Source: Bdellovibrionota bacterium
GTDB lineage: Bacteria; Bdellovibrionota_C; UBA2361; JAAYZI01
Direction of reading: 5' to 3'
DNA: 64,000 bases
Assembly: GCA_050950765.1 (NCBI GenBank)
Contig: JBMNIF010000003.1
Location: 192,001 to 256,000, forward strand
Shown here: piece by piece, positions 30,345 to 40,303 of the stretch
Layout: each line of letters opens with the position of its first letter
Position numbering within the stretch: position 1 is the stretch's first letter
Position numbers and translations under genes: made by a program
The notes under the pieces: generated by a model
What the model was told of the DNA's origin: nothing
Database searches by the model: none
What the model saw: only the letters and a program-made list of their open reading frames with translations

Positions 30345-31385
30345 TGCCCCACCCCAGACATGTTTTTAAAAGATCAACGGCTTTCAATTAGGACACCCAC
30401 TTTTAGCTGGTGGGTGGCACCAGTTTTTTAACCCCCATAACAGAACCCGTCTTACTGGTGGGTGCACCAGATTTTTCCCAGCCTAAACCAAACTGACCTG
30501 CCCAAATTGAAGGGTGGCACCAAATTCCCCAAGCCCTAAGCTTTTGCCAACATCCAGATATTATTAACTATTGCAAATTTTGAGTTTGAAAATTCTTGAA
30601 GGGTGGCACCAATTTTTTAACCCCCATAGCAGAACCCGTCTTACTGGTGGGTGCACCAGATTTTTCCCAGCCTAAACCAAACTGACCTGCCCAAATTGAA
30701 GGGTGGCACCAGATCCAAGCCACCCTAGACTTAAAAGATCAATGGCTTCCAATTAGGACACCCACTTTTAGCTGGTGGGTGGCACCAGTTTTTTAACTCC
30801 CGTAGGGATCTAGCTAATCCCACTTTGCAGTCGCAGCCCGTTCAATCATCCCTGAAGGGTGGCACTAGATCTAAGCCCAGCCAAATCTGCCAGATCCCGT
30901 CTTACTGATGGGTGGCACCAAATTCCCCAAGCCCTAAGCTTTTGCCAACATCCAGATATTATTAACTATTGCAAATTTTAAGTTTGAAAATTCTTGAAGG
31001 GTGGCACCAGTTTTTTACCCAACTGACCTAGCCAAATTGAAGGGTGGCACCAGTTTCTTAACCCCCGTAGCAGATCCCGTCTTACTGGTGGGTGGCACCA
31101 AATTCATCCAGTCGCCTAAGCCGTCAAAACGGCAAAAAGAAGGGTGGCACCAAATTCCCCAAGCCCTAAGCTTTTGCCAACATCCAGATATTATTAACTA
31201 TTGCAAATTTTGAGTTTGAAAATTCCTGAAGGGTGGCACCAGTTTTTTAACCTCCGTAGAGATCCAGCTAATCCCGCTTTGCAGTCGCAGCCCGTTCAAT
31301 CATCCCTGAAGGGTGGCACCAAATTCATCAACCCAGCAGCTAAGTCTGGCAGAATCAGCCAGATCTCCCTAAAAGATCAACAGCT
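30345..31385 (-). repeat. Mosaic array H (12 exact reverse cores and 3 variants)
   Basis: GGGTGGCACCA at 30412, 30512, 30601, 30701, 30777, 30910, 30999, 31042, 31090, 31142, 31231, 31311; between convergent genes. Confidence 0.95.
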
Positions 31386-31391
31386 GCACTA

Positions 31392-33611
31392 TCAGGAAAG
31401 TCTGCGTAACGTTTCAGAGCCAGAATGTGTCCTTAACTCTACAACAAAACGTGTGCCATTCGGATAATTATCGAAAACCTTTATCTCGGCATGGTGTTCA
31501 GCAAGAATAGAAGCCACTATTGCCAAACCTAACCCCGTACCCTTCTCCTTTGTCGTGACGTACGGTTCGAAGATCTTACTTCTCTGGCTTTTCGGAATTC
31601 CTGGTCCATTATCAGCCACTTCAAGAGTAACGATATCACGCTCAATATTATACCCTGTTTTAACAACCAACCTTGGACAGCCACGTTTCATAGTAGCCTC
31701 GTCAGCCGAACAAGCTGATAGCCCGTTGTCTAAAAGATTAATCAAAACTCGCCTAATCTGCTCCCGATCTAACGGAATCTGCGGGATCGTATTATCTGCT
31801 ATAAATTGGAAAATAGCTTCAGGATGTTGATCTACAAAACCATTTAGAACATCAGAGATTAAAGTATTCAGATTAATCTCCTCCATCTCCACAGGCGGCA
31901 TCCTAGCAAATTTAGCAAACTCATCCGTTAACCTTTTAATAGATCCAACATGTTCAAGGATAGTTTGCGTGGACTCCATTACAGAAGCTTCAAACTCTCC
32001 CTCTTTGAACAATTTCTGCAACCGTTGTGCTGACAACTGGATAGGAGTTAAAGGATTTTTAATTTCATGCGCGATACGCCTCGCCACCTCTCTCCATGCT
32101 GCTGATTGCTGCGCCATAACTAATTCCGTTACATCGTCAAAAAGCAGCACACTTCCTAGCCTATTCCCTGCATTATCAGCGATAGGACCAACAGTAGCTA
32201 CAACCTTACGCAACCTACCATTATTCGAGATACCCATCTCTCGCTCCGTAGCACTGACATTAGTCGAAACACTGTCAATACACCGCAACAACGCTTCAAT
32301 CTGTAATAAATCAGTAGGAGATAAGATCTCCGACAATTGAAGATTATAATTATCGCTATTTTCATTCACACCAAAAAGTTTCAACGCCGCCTGATTAAGT
32401 GAAGTCACATTTCCATCCATATCAAGCGCAATTACCGCCACCGCCAGTTTTGCTAAAATTGATTCCAAATACAGCTTTCTTGTTTCTATCTCTATACGAG
32501 ATTGCTTCAAATCAGCCGTCATCTTATTAAAGGACTTAACGAGAAAACTAATTTCATCATCTCCCGTTTCGCGCAGTTTAAAATCATAATTACCACGCGC
32601 AACCGCCTTAGTTCCCTCTGCCAATCTCTGCACCGGTCCCGTGATTTCACGCGCAATATAAAAGCCAACCCAAATAGCAGCAAAAAGAATAATAGCCGTA
32701 ACCATCGCCAAAGTTAGTATATAACCTGATTGTAGCGGTCTATGAAAAAGTTTTAACTGTTCATGCTCCCTGTATGAATCATCAATAACAGTCAACATAT
32801 TCATCAATTGCGGATTTAAACGGTAGGTCGCTATTAAAACATCATTATCACCTGCAAGCTTTACAAGATAATAAACCCTAATAAATTTTTTACTATCAGG
32901 TGGTTCTAAAGCATCAAGTGGTTCACCGCCAAGAGCTTGATTAATGGCATCTTGATTCGGAATCGGCTCACTAAGATCGCTTATAGTGGCAGCTGCATTA
33001 TGTGCCGAGATAACTTTTCTTCCATCAGAGGTAAATATACTTAAACTAAACAGTTTATTTTTTTTGCGCGCGTTTTCTAAGAAATCATACAGCACTGTTT
33101 TTTCCCGATATATTAACGGTTTTTTTGAAATCTCTTCAGAAACTTCAGCAGCAAGCCCTGTCAAACTCTTACTAATGAACTCATAATGTAGCTTAGCCAC
33201 TCCCACTGCACTGTCATGCAGATCCTCAGTCGGAGTGCTGAACCAACGATCCATAGCATTCGTCATCATCATACTAGCCAGAACGAAAACGATAATAGTC
33301 GGGACAAGCGTTAAGCCAACAAAGGCCAGCACCAGACGTGATCTAAGGCGAGCTCCAAGTACATTATTTTTTCTATCAAAAACCAACTTGACGATATTGC
33401 GTCCGATCAAAAACCCCATCACACCTAACGCAATAATGTTGAGATTGACCACAGCAACGACTAAGAGGTTCGTCCCCATAAAATTGGAATCTGTCTCGCG
33501 CAGGCAATACATCAAAAGGGCTAAGATTACAGCTGAAGAAACAAGTACAGCTATCCTAAGCAGCCCAGTACGCCTCCATAACAGACGAACTCGCTTACCT
33601 CTCGAAACCAT
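31392..33611 (-). CDS. NtrY-like sensor histidine kinase (HAMP-PAS-HisKA-HATPase)
   Basis: AWREVARRIAHEIKNPLTPIQLSAQRL, NLLDN, DNGPGI, GTGLGL; HAMP DDEISFLVKSFNKM. Confidence 0.93.
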   Translation of the reverse strand: MVSRGKRVRLLWRRTGLLRIAVLVSSAVILALLMYCLRETDSNFMGTNLLVVAVVNLNIIALGVMGFLIGRNIVKLVFDRKNNVLGARLRSRLVLAFVGLTLVPTIIVFVLASMMMTNAMDRWFSTPTEDLHDSAVGVAKLHYEFISKSLTGLAAEVSEEISKKPLIYREKTVLYDFLENARKKNKLFSLSIFTSDGRKVISAHNAAATISDLSEPIPNQDAINQALGGEPLDALEPPDSKKFIRVYYLVKLAGDNDVLIATYRLNPQLMNMLTVIDDSYREHEQLKLFHRPLQSGYILTLAMVTAIILFAAIWVGFYIAREITGPVQRLAEGTKAVARGNYDFKLRETGDDEISFLVKSFNKMTADLKQSRIEIETRKLYLESILAKLAVAVIALDMDGNVTSLNQAALKLFGVNENSDNYNLQLSEILSPTDLLQIEALLRCIDSVSTNVSATEREMGISNNGRLRKVVATVGPIADNAGNRLGSVLLFDDVTELVMAQQSAAWREVARRIAHEIKNPLTPIQLSAQRLQKLFKEGEFEASVMESTQTILEHVGSIKRLTDEFAKFARMPPVEMEEINLNTLISDVLNGFVDQHPEAIFQFIADNTIPQIPLDREQIRRVLINLLDNGLSACSADEATMKRGCPRLVVKTGYNIERDIVTLEVADNGPGIPKSQRSKIFEPYVTTKEKGTGLGLAIVASILAEHHAEIKVFDNYPNGTRFVVELRTHSGSETLRRLS

Positions 33612-33615
33612 AACA

Positions 33616-34197
33616 CTATTCCTTATCTGCAGATTTTACGTGTTTAAATTCAAAATCAATCCAGCCCGTATCAAAACCACTCATTCGATACAATCCGAAC
33701 GTTAAGAAATTGGAGATGCTTCCTACCGTGCGATTATAGTCACCAAGACAATCAGAAAAAGCTCTGGCTCTTAAATAACTTTGCGGATCTTCCAGATACG
33801 AAGAATCTTCATGCGCAATAAAGTGCATCGAGAGATCTTCAACTACAAAAAAAGCCCGTTGAGCCTCATTCAACGAGTTATAATACGTAACAAGTGCAGG
33901 CTGGTCATCTCCGATCCGATCCGCTTCCATTTTGTATTGATTCGTAATTGAATTATAAGTCAGTTGATATTTAATACGTCTTTTACGTGGACAATCATCA
34001 AACCAAAAACGATTTTTCTTACAGATCTGACTTTCAAAATTATAACGTAAAACAAAACCACTTTTAATGCAGTGCTCGAAAAGAGGATCTTTTCCCTGTA
34101 AATTAACTGTAATAGAATTTTGAACACGATCTATTACTAACTGCAAATCTGGCACTGCTAACAGAAATGAAAAAATCGCTAAAAATGCTGCGTGCAT
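33616..34197 (-). CDS. DUF4390-like exported protein
   Basis: Signal-like N-terminus, LTYNSITNQY, FDTGW; usual position upstream of ntrY. Confidence 0.65.
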   Translation of the reverse strand: MHAAFLAIFSFLLAVPDLQLVIDRVQNSITVNLQGKDPLFEHCIKSGFVLRYNFESQICKKNRFWFDDCPRKRRIKYQLTYNSITNQYKMEADRIGDDQPALVTYYNSLNEAQRAFFVVEDLSMHFIAHEDSSYLEDPQSYLRARAFSDCLGDYNRTVGSISNFLTFGLYRMSGFDTGWIDFEFKHVKSADKE

Positions 34198-34213
34198 GAC
34201 ACCAAATCCTTTA

Positions 34214-35293
34214 TTAACTTAATTTTAGACTAATCTGCTGTGACTTAAAAGGTCGTCCTAAATGAAGATATCCTTTCTCCATCACTGCACGCCCCCTTCT
34301 TGTGCGTGCAATATACCCTTCCTGTACAAGATAAGGTTCATAAACATCTTCAATAGTCTCACGCTCTTCACCAACAGCTGCCGCTATCGTTTCCACACCT
34401 ACGGGACCACCTGAAAAACGATCGATGATTGTTTCAAGAATGAGCCTGTCCATTTTGTCTAAACCGCATTCATCGATATCAAGTAAAGATAAGGCCTGCC
34501 GTGTCAGCTCTTTTGTTATCACACCGTCAGCCTTATCTTCTGCAAAATCCCTAACACGTTTCAACAATCTATTAAGAATACGAGGAGTCCCTCTAGCACA
34601 TCCTGCCAACTCATAAGCAGCGTCTTCCTGCAAAACAACACCCAAAATATCTGAAGACCTTTGCGCTATCTTTTTCAATTCCTCTTTAGTGTAGTAATTT
34701 AATCTATACACTAACCCAAAACGATCCCTTAACGGTGAAGTCAATAAGCCTGTGCGTGTTGTCGCACCAACTAAAGTAAACGGCTTCAGATCTATTCGTA
34801 CAGACTTGGCAGCAGGTCCTTGCCCTATCAAAATATCAAGTTCGAAATCCTCAAGTGCAGGGTAAAGCACCTCTTCTACAACTCGCGGCATCCGATGAAT
34901 TTCATCGATAAACAAAACATCATTAGTATCAAGCGAGGTTAAGATCGCTGCAATATCCCCTGGCTTCTCAATTACAGGACCAGAAGTAGACTTAAACCCA
35001 ACTCCCAACTCTCCAGCGACAACTTTCGCAAGCGATGTCTTGCCTAACCCTGGAGGCCCATGCAACAAGAGATGATCTAAAGAATCGCCCCGCTTCTTAG
35101 CAGCACGACACGCTATCAATAAATTTTCTTTTATTTTTTCCTGACCGATATATTCAGAGAAGCCTTGAGGTCTTAAAGTAACAAAACTTTGTCTATCATC
35201 AGCCGTCTCCTCTTCAACATTTCTAAGACCAAGCCAAGTTTCAATATCGTCATCCGACGATCTTATTAAAACTTTATCGCCGGAACTGTTCAT
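34214..35293 (-). CDS. ruvB: Holliday junction branch migration helicase RuvB
   Basis: [41 protein letters not shown]. Confidence 0.98.
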   Translation of the reverse strand: MNSSGDKVLIRSSDDDIETWLGLRNVEEETADDRQSFVTLRPQGFSEYIGQEKIKENLLIACRAAKKRGDSLDHLLLHGPPGLGKTSLAKVVAGELGVGFKSTSGPVIEKPGDIAAILTSLDTNDVLFIDEIHRMPRVVEEVLYPALEDFELDILIGQGPAAKSVRIDLKPFTLVGATTRTGLLTSPLRDRFGLVYRLNYYTKEELKKIAQRSSDILGVVLQEDAAYELAGCARGTPRILNRLLKRVRDFAEDKADGVITKELTRQALSLLDIDECGLDKMDRLILETIIDRFSGGPVGVETIAAAVGEERETIEDVYEPYLVQEGYIARTRRGRAVMEKGYLHLGRPFKSQQISLKLS

Positions 35294-35377
35294 AATATAA
35301 GACCTCTCAAAAACTAAAACAAAAAATCTCTCTCTTAACAGATTTTACAACACCGTTAACACCATTCAAGGTGTTCA

Positions 35378-35980
35378 TTAAACATAACGTAACGCTTCTT
35401 TAACAACACGACCTGAATCAATCTCACCTTTCAAACCACTCTTCGCCACACTGTGCACCGCAGCTTCAGCCTCTTTGCGTGCAAACCCCAAAGCTAGCAA
35501 GGCTTGTAAAGCTTCTTCATAAATCTGTGCAGAACCTACCGTCACAACATCAGCAGCACTTGAACGGTGATCCAAAGCAAACTCTCCGACTTTATCCTTT
35601 AACTCAACAATAATTCGTTCCGCTGTTTTTTTCCCAACCCCCTTCACCGTTTGCAGAAGGGCAGCATCTCCAGCTCCTATGGCACGCAAAAGATCGAGCT
35701 TATCAATATGTGAGAGGATATCTGATGCACTGCGCGCACCAACCCCTTTAACCTTCAGCAACAATAAAAAAGCCTGCTTTTCCAAACGATCTAAAAAACC
35801 ATACAGATTGATAGCGTCTTCCCTAACATCAGTATAGATCACCAAACGTGCTTCTTCACCTTGAACAAGACTTCCAGCACATGCCAAAGAACAACGCACT
35901 TCATACCCCACTCCGCAAGCTTCAACGGTAGCAATGCGTCCCTGTAATTCTGTAACAACACCACACAAAGAGGAGATCAT
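35378..35980 (-). CDS. ruvA: Holliday junction binding protein RuvA
   Basis: GVGYEV, VREDAINLYGF, VKGVG, GVGKKTAERIIVELKDK, ALLALGF. Confidence 0.97.
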   Translation of the reverse strand: MISSLCGVVTELQGRIATVEACGVGYEVRCSLACAGSLVQGEEARLVIYTDVREDAINLYGFLDRLEKQAFLLLLKVKGVGARSASDILSHIDKLDLLRAIGAGDAALLQTVKGVGKKTAERIIVELKDKVGEFALDHRSSAADVVTVGSAQIYEEALQALLALGFARKEAEAAVHSVAKSGLKGEIDSGRVVKEALRYV

Positions 35981-36013
35981 AAAACACATCCCCTAAAAGA
36001 CAAAAATAACAAA

Positions 36014-36766
36014 CTATTGTTGTCCTTCAATAGCTTCTAAATCAGCATCATCCATCTCAAAGTTGGCAGAAACGCTCTGCACATCATCAAGTTCATCCAA
36101 AGCATCAAGAAGTTTTAAAAGTTTTTCAGCATCTTCACCCGCAACATTTACCTTTGTCTCAGGCACAGGACAAACCTCCCCCTCAAGGTTTGGAACGATC
36201 TCCTCCAAAGCCGCCTTAACATCTTCAAACGCTTTTGGTGAGGTCAAAATCTCCCAGACTTCGCCTTCGTCTTTGATATCATCAGCACCTGCTTCCAGAG
36301 CTACATCAAAGATCTTTTCCTCTTCAGCTGCTGTCTTTTCAATTGTAATAAGACCAGCCTCTTTAAAAAGATAAGCAACGGAGTTGGCATTAGCCATACT
36401 GCCACCATTTTTTGAAAAAGCGTGTCTAACTTCAGCAACAGTGCGATTTCTATTATCAGTTAAAGCTTTTATAAGAATAGCTACGCCACCTGGACCATAA
36501 CCCTCATACACGATATCCTCGTAATCAGCACCGTCAACTTCTCCCGCTCCACGTTTTATAGCTCTATCTATACTATCATTGGGAACACTTTGAGACTTTG
36601 CGGCTTGCACGGCTGTCTTCAATCTAACATTGCCCTCTACATTTCCTCCACCCATCTTTGCCGCTACTTGAATCTCTCTTAAAAGCCGCGTAAAGATCTT
36701 ACCCCTTTTCGCATCAACAGCTGCTTTTTTACGTTTAATGGTCGCCCACTTGGAATGTCCTGACAT
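36014..36766 (-). CDS. yebC: YebC/PmpR family protein
   Basis: MSGHSKWATIKRKK, YEGYGPGG, TDNRNRT, DDVQSV. Confidence 0.97.
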   Translation of the reverse strand: MSGHSKWATIKRKKAAVDAKRGKIFTRLLREIQVAAKMGGGNVEGNVRLKTAVQAAKSQSVPNDSIDRAIKRGAGEVDGADYEDIVYEGYGPGGVAILIKALTDNRNRTVAEVRHAFSKNGGSMANANSVAYLFKEAGLITIEKTAAEEEKIFDVALEAGADDIKDEGEVWEILTSPKAFEDVKAALEEIVPNLEGEVCPVPETKVNVAGEDAEKLLKLLDALDELDDVQSVSANFEMDDADLEAIEGQQ

Positions 36767-37032
36767 ACGATCACGCTCCCACAACAAATAAATTCAAACA
36801 AAATCAGACGTTTAATCACGCTCTAGGCAAGTGAAGTATAGAAGCTTTTTTGATTCACTGTCAAATTATCTCTTCAAAAGATCCCTTCTTACATTTTAAA
36901 ACAATAAGTGCAACTTTCAATTCTAATATTTAGGAATTCCTCAATTTTTTACCTTTTGCTTTGTCATCCTTCCACATTATGGTATTAGAGCAAGGTGTTT
37001 TGTGATTTTTTAATAAGAAAAGAGGGCTTCAG

Positions 37033-37752
37033 ATGCTCCCAGCACACGAACTATATCAATACAAACCTTTTGACGGTTCCAGTCACCTCTGGGCACAAAA
37101 CATCCTCGCAAAAATTTCTCCACAAGCAGCGGTACTAGATTTCGGTGCAGGTAGTGGCTGTATGGGCAACTACTTAAAATCTATCGACATTACTGATATT
37201 TATGCTGTGGAAATCGATCCTGAGGCGCAAGAACATCTTTCAACTATATATAAAGAGGTCAAGGATGACATTTCAGCTTTTGACGGAAAAAAGTTCGATG
37301 TTGTGTTGTTACTCGATATCCTTGAACACCTCCCGAACCCGAGATCGTTCTTGCAACAACTTAAATCATACCTTGCAAAAGATGCTCTTATTTTGGTTTC
37401 TATCCCCAACATCGCGCATTGGAGCATCCGTTTTTCACTTCTTTTCGGATCTTTTAATTACACGGAGCGCGGCATCTTAGATCGTTCTCACCTTCATTTC
37501 TTTACAAGAAAAAGTTTTAAACACCTTATAAAAGAAAGCGGTTTTTCAACTTTAGAATTAAGCCAATCAGTCATTCCGTTAGAGCTGATACTTCCGAAAT
37601 GGCTATACTCCAACATCTTTTTTAAATTTTTTACATTAATAAGAAAAAGTGGCGCACGACTACACCCTTCCTTTGGCGCATTTCAACACTTGGCACTTTT
37701 AAAAGCACCTTCAGAAGAATTTTTCGAAGATAAAATTAGCACTCTAAACTAA
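37033..37752 (+). CDS. Class I SAM-dependent methyltransferase
   Basis: VLDFGAGSG, FDVVLLLDILEHL, SIPNIAHW, GILDRSHLHFF. Confidence 0.88.
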   Translation: MLPAHELYQYKPFDGSSHLWAQNILAKISPQAAVLDFGAGSGCMGNYLKSIDITDIYAVEIDPEAQEHLSTIYKEVKDDISAFDGKKFDVVLLLDILEHLPNPRSFLQQLKSYLAKDALILVSIPNIAHWSIRFSLLFGSFNYTERGILDRSHLHFFTRKSFKHLIKESGFSTLELSQSVIPLELILPKWLYSNIFFKFFTLIRKSGARLHPSFGAFQHLALLKAPSEEFFEDKISTLN

Positions 37753-37861
37753 ACAAAGGCGACGATAGTTTTTTTTTATTTACAAAGCTCATCGTAACTT
37801 AGAGAATCAATTGTATTATCAAAACACTCCAACGATTGAATATAAACTTAACTTCGCCCTT

Positions 37862-38470
37862 TTATAATTTATCACTCTTTGCCAAGTATATTAGAGGCAT
37901 CCCGAGTAACGAAAAAAGATATTTAACCACAAAATTAAAGAGAAAGATCTGCAGCACCACCTCCCAAGAATAATCAAATGCAAATGCTCCGACACAAAAG
38001 ATTAAATTATCGATCGGAATACTGATACTATTACTAAGCAAAACCCGCCCCCACTTATAGCGATCTTTAAAACGTCTTACAAAGAGTTGATAAATTTCTG
38101 TATCAACCATTTCACTAACGTACTGCGCCAAGATAGAGAAGATAACGACTCTCCATATCGGAGACATCGTCTTATCAAACGTAGCAGAAGTTGAGGTCGA
38201 AAGCTCTGTTGGGAAAATTGAAATAAAATAGAAATAAAGCACCATTAAAAAATTAAAGAGAGCGGTGTAAACAATCACTTTCTTAGTTAATTTTTTTCCT
38301 AACTCTCTATGTATCAGATCTCGTAAGGTAAAGGTAAGGGGATATAAGAAAACCCCCATATCAACAGCATAACCGCAAACTATACCGATCTTAAGAGCAG
38401 CCACATTTGCTATCAATTGAAACGAAACATAACTGATAATTGAAAAAAGTAAGAGATTATTCATACCCAC
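37862..38470 (-). CDS. Queuosine precursor transporter (YhhQ/VUT family)
   Basis: ANVAALK, YPLTFTLRDL, SEMVDT, SNSISIPIDN; multi-TM. Confidence 0.85.
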   Translation of the reverse strand: MGMNNLLLFSIISYVSFQLIANVAALKIGIVCGYAVDMGVFLYPLTFTLRDLIHRELGKKLTKKVIVYTALFNFLMVLYFYFISIFPTELSTSTSATFDKTMSPIWRVVIFSILAQYVSEMVDTEIYQLFVRRFKDRYKWGRVLLSNSISIPIDNLIFCVGAFAFDYSWEVVLQIFLFNFVVKYLFSLLGMPLIYLAKSDKL

Positions 38471-38515
38471 TCTGAAAGTTCTAAGATCTGTTTAAAAAAT
38501 AAAATTACCCTTTCA

Positions 38516-40276
38516 CTATCTCCTTAGCGTTTTGCTTTTTGAATAGATAGCCAGACTCTCTTTTATATGTAAAATCTGTTTTTCGGAAAGACCATACAAT
38601 CGATAAATCTCATCTTGTAACGGCAAATCTCGTTTAAAATCTCCTGCCAAAATACCATCAACCTCCCTCGTTAGATAACGATTTTCAACTTCAGAAAGGT
38701 GCGGGAACGGTAGCTGCTTTAAATTACCCTTTAAGATTTTAATATCCTCAAAGAGGTGCCAATAAAGGTATTGAAAGAGATCTGAGTTTAAGAAAGCTAA
38801 AGCTGCTTTTATGGAAAGGTTCGGGATTTTCGGTATTAAAATATTTGCACTGTTTAAAAAAAGGTACTGCTTATTATCATAAGCAAAAGTTAAACGTTTT
38901 GAGATAAATTTATATACCAACTTTTCAGCGGCATAGTAACAATCTCCTTTATCAACTTGCTGCAATTGTAACGGATCATATAAGAGATAATTTGAAGGTG
39001 GTTTTAAGAGATACCTCTCAAGATCTTTTCCCGTTCCGATAGCTTGCCACCCCTTGTGACAGATCTTACTTAGTTTGTTTTTATTATCACCTGTTACAAT
39101 CCCAAGCGCCCACTCACTATCTGAAAGGGTGTAGCGAGCTTTTTTGCGTACAGCACCTAAAACAGAGAGATCTTGCGGTGAAAGAAAGGAAAAAACATTA
39201 TCTTCCGTTTGATAGAAACTTAGTAGTTGCAGATCACGTGTGCCACGCGCATCAGAAACAAGTAACTCTTGCTGCGGAGGTGATTTTTTACAAGTTATAC
39301 AAACACCTTTTGTTGTTACGCCTGAAAAAATGTGCTCATAAACCTTAATACGATCTATACAGGTACGCTTCAACATAAAAGACCTGATGCCTTTATGGAC
39401 TTTTATTTTTAATATCGACTCAGGGAATAAAAAACTGATAGTCCCCCCTTCAAGCAACTGTTTATAAGCAGTCATAAAAAAGATTACGGCGGACTCTTTT
39501 GTTGCGATCTCTTGCAAGAACGATTTTTGTACGACCATTCCCCCCCAAGGCGGATTAGTTGCAATATAATCGAAGGAGCGTTCAAACAATCCACATTTTT
39601 TACTTACACTATCGCACTCTGCCTCTTCTAAATAATTTAAACAAAAGACCTGCGGGATAAAATACTCATCACTATACTTCAAGAGAAGATTGACCTCTGC
39701 TATCATAACGGCGATAGCATCATTATCACATCCAAAAAGGTTTAGCGGAGAAGTAGCCTTTACCGCCAAAAGAAAAGCTCCACTCCCGCAACACGGATCA
39801 AAAAAGGTCTCTCCCTTCAAAAAATCAAAACCTGCTGTCATATCTTTAGCAATAGCAGCTGGTGTATAATAAGAACCGTTTATATTTTTTTCCCCTTCAG
39901 AACGTAAACTTTGATAGATTACACCCAAGAGATCGAACTCATCTTGCGGTAAGTCTAACGAAGAGAACTTTTTAATTTCAACCATCTCGTATCTTTGCAA
40001 AACTTGTTGCACATGTTCTTTTTTAAGAATCCCTTTTTGACGCAAAAGAGCCACCGCAAGAGAATATATCGCCTCTTCGATCTTACACCTCTCTTCCTCA
40101 ATTAAGGTAACCAATCTCCGCACAAAAGTTAGATTCGATTGATTTAGTAGACATTCTTCAGGTAATATTTTTTTCTTTGAGCAACGTTTATTTGCCCTTG
40201 AAGTTAAACGAACGCTACCGTCTGTCTTAAGTCGTTTCCAATTCTTTGCGGTAGCGCTTGAAATTAAGCTTTCCAT
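38516..40276 (-). CDS. N6-adenine DNA methyltransferase, TaqI-like, apparently orphan
   Basis: GSYYTP, FDPCCGSG, NPPW, GIVTGDN, KLVYKFIS, FLNS (TaqI_C-like). Confidence 0.88.
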   Translation of the reverse strand: MESLISSATAKNWKRLKTDGSVRLTSRANKRCSKKKILPEECLLNQSNLTFVRRLVTLIEEERCKIEEAIYSLAVALLRQKGILKKEHVQQVLQRYEMVEIKKFSSLDLPQDEFDLLGVIYQSLRSEGEKNINGSYYTPAAIAKDMTAGFDFLKGETFFDPCCGSGAFLLAVKATSPLNLFGCDNDAIAVMIAEVNLLLKYSDEYFIPQVFCLNYLEEAECDSVSKKCGLFERSFDYIATNPPWGGMVVQKSFLQEIATKESAVIFFMTAYKQLLEGGTISFLFPESILKIKVHKGIRSFMLKRTCIDRIKVYEHIFSGVTTKGVCITCKKSPPQQELLVSDARGTRDLQLLSFYQTEDNVFSFLSPQDLSVLGAVRKKARYTLSDSEWALGIVTGDNKNKLSKICHKGWQAIGTGKDLERYLLKPPSNYLLYDPLQLQQVDKGDCYYAAEKLVYKFISKRLTFAYDNKQYLFLNSANILIPKIPNLSIKAALAFLNSDLFQYLYWHLFEDIKILKGNLKQLPFPHLSEVENRYLTREVDGILAGDFKRDLPLQDEIYRLYGLSEKQILHIKESLAIYSKSKTLRR

Positions 40277-40303
40277 TGATGCCGTTTGAGAAGAGAGAGC
40301 TTT

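Noticed and set aside
6708..31467. ORFs inside the arrays (6708-7064, 6736-7071, 17695-17907, 18352-18579, 18368-18673, 19842-20057, 24410-24607, 31001-31213, 31201-31467)
   Set aside because: They are translations of the repeat (LVPP, GGT, WCHP, GWHQ) in inconsistent frames and strands, without RBS or family motifs
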